A stretch of 63,117 nt of DNA, the filler included, from Collodictyon triciliatum (Eukaryota), in NCBI GenBank assembly GCA_043381765.1. It is 8 parts of 8 records of this genome, joined end to end, with 100 filler letters (N's around TTAATTAATTAA, not from the genome) between each part and the next. Parts side by side here need not be neighbours in the genome. Positions count along the whole stretch, not along the records: positions 56,238 to 63,117 come from JBHJMP010004193.1; 7 more parts are not named here. One strand, 5' to 3'. The translations under genes were made by a program, and so were the position numbers. Shown in pieces: positions 62,201 to 63,117 of the stretch (the stretch's first letter is position 1; each line of letters starts with the position of its first letter). Under the pieces are notes generated by a model. The model ran no database searches. It was not told the origin of the DNA and worked only from the letters and a program-made list of their open reading frames with translations.

Positions 62201-63116
62201 GACCATCTCTATCATTCCAAGTACCTTGTGGACATTCGATACATGGTTTGTTTCCATATGAGCCGGAGTTTGGGTTGAATGTGCCTTTTGGACAAGCATC
62301 GCATGATTTGGAGTCTTTTATGATTCCATCTTTTTGATAGTATCCTGATAGGCACAAACTACATGATGAGCTTCTTTCTGAGCTGTAGCTTCCATTTGGA
62401 CATGGAATGCATGATAATTGATTGAATGAGCCAGTTTTGTTGTTGAATGTGCCAGCTGGACAGGATGTACATGACGCTTGACCATCTCTATCACTCCAAG
62501 TGCCTTGTGGACATTCAGTACATGATTTGTTTCCATATGAGCCGGAGTTTGGGTTGAATGTGCCTTTTGGACAAGCATAGCATGATTCCGAATCTTTTGC
62601 TATTCCCTCTTTTTGATAGAATCCTGATAAACATGAGCTGCATGATGAACTACCAGCTGAGTTGTAGCTTCCATCTGGACATGAAATACATTGTGATACA
62701 TCAAATGAGCCAGTTTTATTATTGAATGTACCAGCTGGACACGATTTGCATGATGCTTGACCATCTCTATCATTCCAAGTACCTTGTGGACATTCGATAC
62801 ATGATTTATTTCCATATGAGCCGAAGTTTGAGTTGAATGTACCTTTTGGACAAGCATAGCATGATTTCGAGTCTTTTATGATTCCATCCTTTTGATAGTA
62901 TCCTGATAGGCACAAACTACATGATGAGCTTCTTTCTGAGCTGTAGCTTCCATCCAGACATGAAATACACGATGATTGATCGAATGAGCCAGTTTTATTG
63001 TTGTATGTACCAGCTGGGCATGATGTGCATGATGCTTGACCATCTCTATCATTCCAAGTACCTTGTGGACATTCAGTACATGATTTGTTTCCATATGAGC
63101 CGGAGTTTGAGTTGAA
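56256..63116 (-). CDS. Giant intronless surface or receptor-like protein: CxxC-rich (GCC2_GCC3/Ephrin_rec_like-type) repeats plus a C-terminal domain of about 8-9 TM; 5' end beyond the window
   Basis: The 2219-aa ORF stays open to the window edge. It carries repeated C..CP.GT[FW]N motifs, then C..GY.G.LC..C..GF, LK..SHFQ+, YLKADMSI.C, FL..GY....YYWE.V...K and KPF motifs with hydrophobic segments. Confidence 0.92.
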   Translation of the reverse strand, partial: FNSNSGSYGNKSCTECPQGTWNDRDGQASCTSCPAGTYNNKTGSFDQSSCISCLDGSYSSERSSSCSLCLSGYYQKDGIIKDSKSCYACPKGTFNSNFGSYGNKSCIECPQGTWNDRDGQASCKSCPAGTFNNKTGSFDVSQCISCPDGSYNSAGSSSCSSCLSGFYQKEGIAKDSESCYACPKGTFNPNSGSYGNKSCTECPQGTWSDRDGQASCTSCPAGTFNNKTGSFNQLSCIPCPNGSYSSERSSSCSLCLSGYYQKDGIIKDSKSCDACPKGTFNPNSGSYGNKPCIECPQGTWNDRDGQASCISCPAGTFNNKTGSFNESSCISCPNGSYSSERSSSCSLCLSGFYQKEGIEKDSESCYACPKGTFNPNSGSYGNKSCIECPKGTWNDRNGQALCTSCPAGTFNNKTGSYNELSCISCPDGSYSSDRSASCSLCLSGFYQKEEIIKDSKSCGACPKGTFNSNSGSYGNKSCTECPQGTWNDKDGQASCTSCPAGTFNNKTGSYNELSCTSCLDGSYSSDRSASCSLCLSGFYQKEEIIKDSKSCGACPKGTFNSNSGSHGNNSCIECPQGTWNDKEGQASCTSCPDGTFNNKTGSLNQLLCTSCPNGSYSSERSSSCSLCLSGFYQKEEIIKDSKSCGACPRGTFNSNSGSYGNKSCIECPQGTWNDRYGQASCTSCPAGTFNNKTGSLNQLLCISCPNGSYSSSGSESCTLCPLGFYQIEGMIKDSKSCDACPKGTFNSNSGSYGNKSCIECPQGTWNDRDGQASCSSCPAGTFNNQTGSYNQSSCISCPNGSYSSERSSSCSLCLPGFHQIEGIIKDSQSCYACPKGTFNSNSGSYGNKSCIECQQGTWNDRDGQASCKSCPAGTMNNRTGSFNKSSCISCPIGSYSSERSASCILCSSGYYQKENIVKNSESCYACPKGTFNSNFGSYGNISCIECPQGTWNDRDGQASCKSCPAGTFNNQTGSYNQSSCISCPDGSYSSERSASCSLCLSGLYQKEGIKKDSQSCYACPKGTFNSNSGSYGDKSCIECPQGTWNDRDGQASCTSCPAGTFNNKTGSFNHYSCVSCPNGRYSSERSASCILCLSGFYQKEGINKDSSSCDACSKGTFNSYSGSYGNKSCIECPQGTWNDKEGQASCTSCPVGTFNDEVGSFNQSSCISCSNGSYSLSGSSSCSLCSSGFYQQEDIIKDSNSCDACPKGTFNSKSGSYGNISCIECPQGTWNDKEGQASCSSCPSGTFNNKTGAFNQSSCISCPNGSYSLSGSSSCSLCSSGFYQQEDIIKDSNSCDACPKGTFNSNSGSYGNTSCIECPQGTWNDKEGQASCSSCPSGTFNNITGSYKQSSCISCSDGSYSSERSASCNLCSSGLYQKEEMMKDSQSCYACPKGTFNSNSGSYGNKSCIECPQGTWNDRDGQASCTSCPAGTFNDKTGSFDESSCISCLNGSYSSERSGSCSLCSSGLYQKEEMMKDSQSCYACPRGTFNSKSGSYGNTSCIECPQGTWNDKEGQASCSSCPAGTFNDKTGSFNQSSCISCPNGSYSPERSSLCSLCSSGYYQKEGVTKDSQSCYACPKGTFNSNSGSYRNESCTECQQGTWNDRDGQASCTSCPAGTFNDKTGSFNQSSCISCPNGSYSPERSSLCNSCPTRSTTTSKGSKSIDECKCIDYYIPFNGACTCPPGQFEDGNKCVPCRLGSYKSTNDTNFCLSCGDKFTTKNNGSINSTDCVCSYGFELRNSTCECKPGWYEKRKNCYECPPSTYNENFGHTFCKECPINSFTNMTASISISECKCLPSSYLDSKTKQCKSCPTGFICDGTSQPSVAPGYWQAPTSNGVYIAYKCLNEDACNGGNKTCTDGYTGALCSVCEKGFGKTGVYCTKCPNRRTSGFLVFLSIAVPLLFVFFMIEQSRQPKTAKIQILKTLSSHFQVLSYLANFDVNWSSTIFSIMKIPALFSFSLSIDTYPIECRFEMTIYDKVLFSMITPLILIVVVLFIVTAKMTWKLRTNQINSRDVTFFKINQEFIFSMLVMLFFVHPTIMSSISNIFRCERFGDERYLKADMSIICDDAIYMAWKNIALVYVILYCFGGPFILAAYMLYKRSSLINPTSNTYNLLRFLVDGYTEECYYWEIVTMMQKLLVVLISIFFSSALQIYFGLWLLLLTIASSFYFKPFMSNVLRKSQLYSISVLYFTLMTSLLFRYTDLSIFSEYVLVALVVLLNGMIAAVSLMKAGPALFMSFLVKIERFVEPIYKFVMKSSAITYMKNKWIITREEQEMKDFNDATTSL

Positions 63117-63117
63117 T
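58115..63117 (-). repeat. Coding tandem repeat with a 279-nt (93-aa) unit, at least 17 copies
   Basis: Homologous positions recur at 58393, 58672, 58951, 59509, 60346, 60904, 61741, 62020, 62299, 62578 and 62857, all multiples of 279 apart. Each unit holds five CxxC pairs. Confidence 0.93.

Noticed and set aside
57782-63094. Repeated His-rich ORFs (MLVQKAHSTQ..., MHFMSKWK...)
   Set aside because: Alternative-frame shadows of the 279-nt coding repeat.
58115-63117. Regular array resembling CRISPR or satellite DNA
   Set aside because: No unique spacers; a continuous reading frame explains it.

Overview
Eukaryotic, AT-rich, intron-dense protist-like DNA with introns full of microsatellites; the species cannot be determined from the sequence. 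The window is not one locus. Seven artificial 100-nt spacers (44 N + TTAATTAATTAA + 44 N) join eight pieces, most about 6.87 kb long, so adjacency across spacers carries no biological meaning. Manual splicing supports these genes: a four-domain voltage-gated cation channel with an unusual Q/D/D/D selectivity filter, head-to-head with a GDT1/TMEM165 transporter; a BTB protein; SNAPC4 (4.5 Myb repeats); two unlinked RasGAP genes, each pairing an intact GAP domain with a degenerate one, in opposite orders; a very divergent Nup93/Nic96-like gene; a PH-domain Diaphanous-type formin whose FH1 polyproline tracts each sit on a separate symmetric micro-exon; the 3' end of an SLC25A38-like carrier; a linker-histone globular domain fused to five AT-hooks; a membrane adenylyl cyclase; and an intronless protein of more than 2280 aa with at least 17 in-register 93-aa Cys-rich repeats and a multi-TM C-terminus. 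No tRNA, rRNA, CRISPR array or mobile element was recognised. Exon structures were inferred by eye and no database searches were run.
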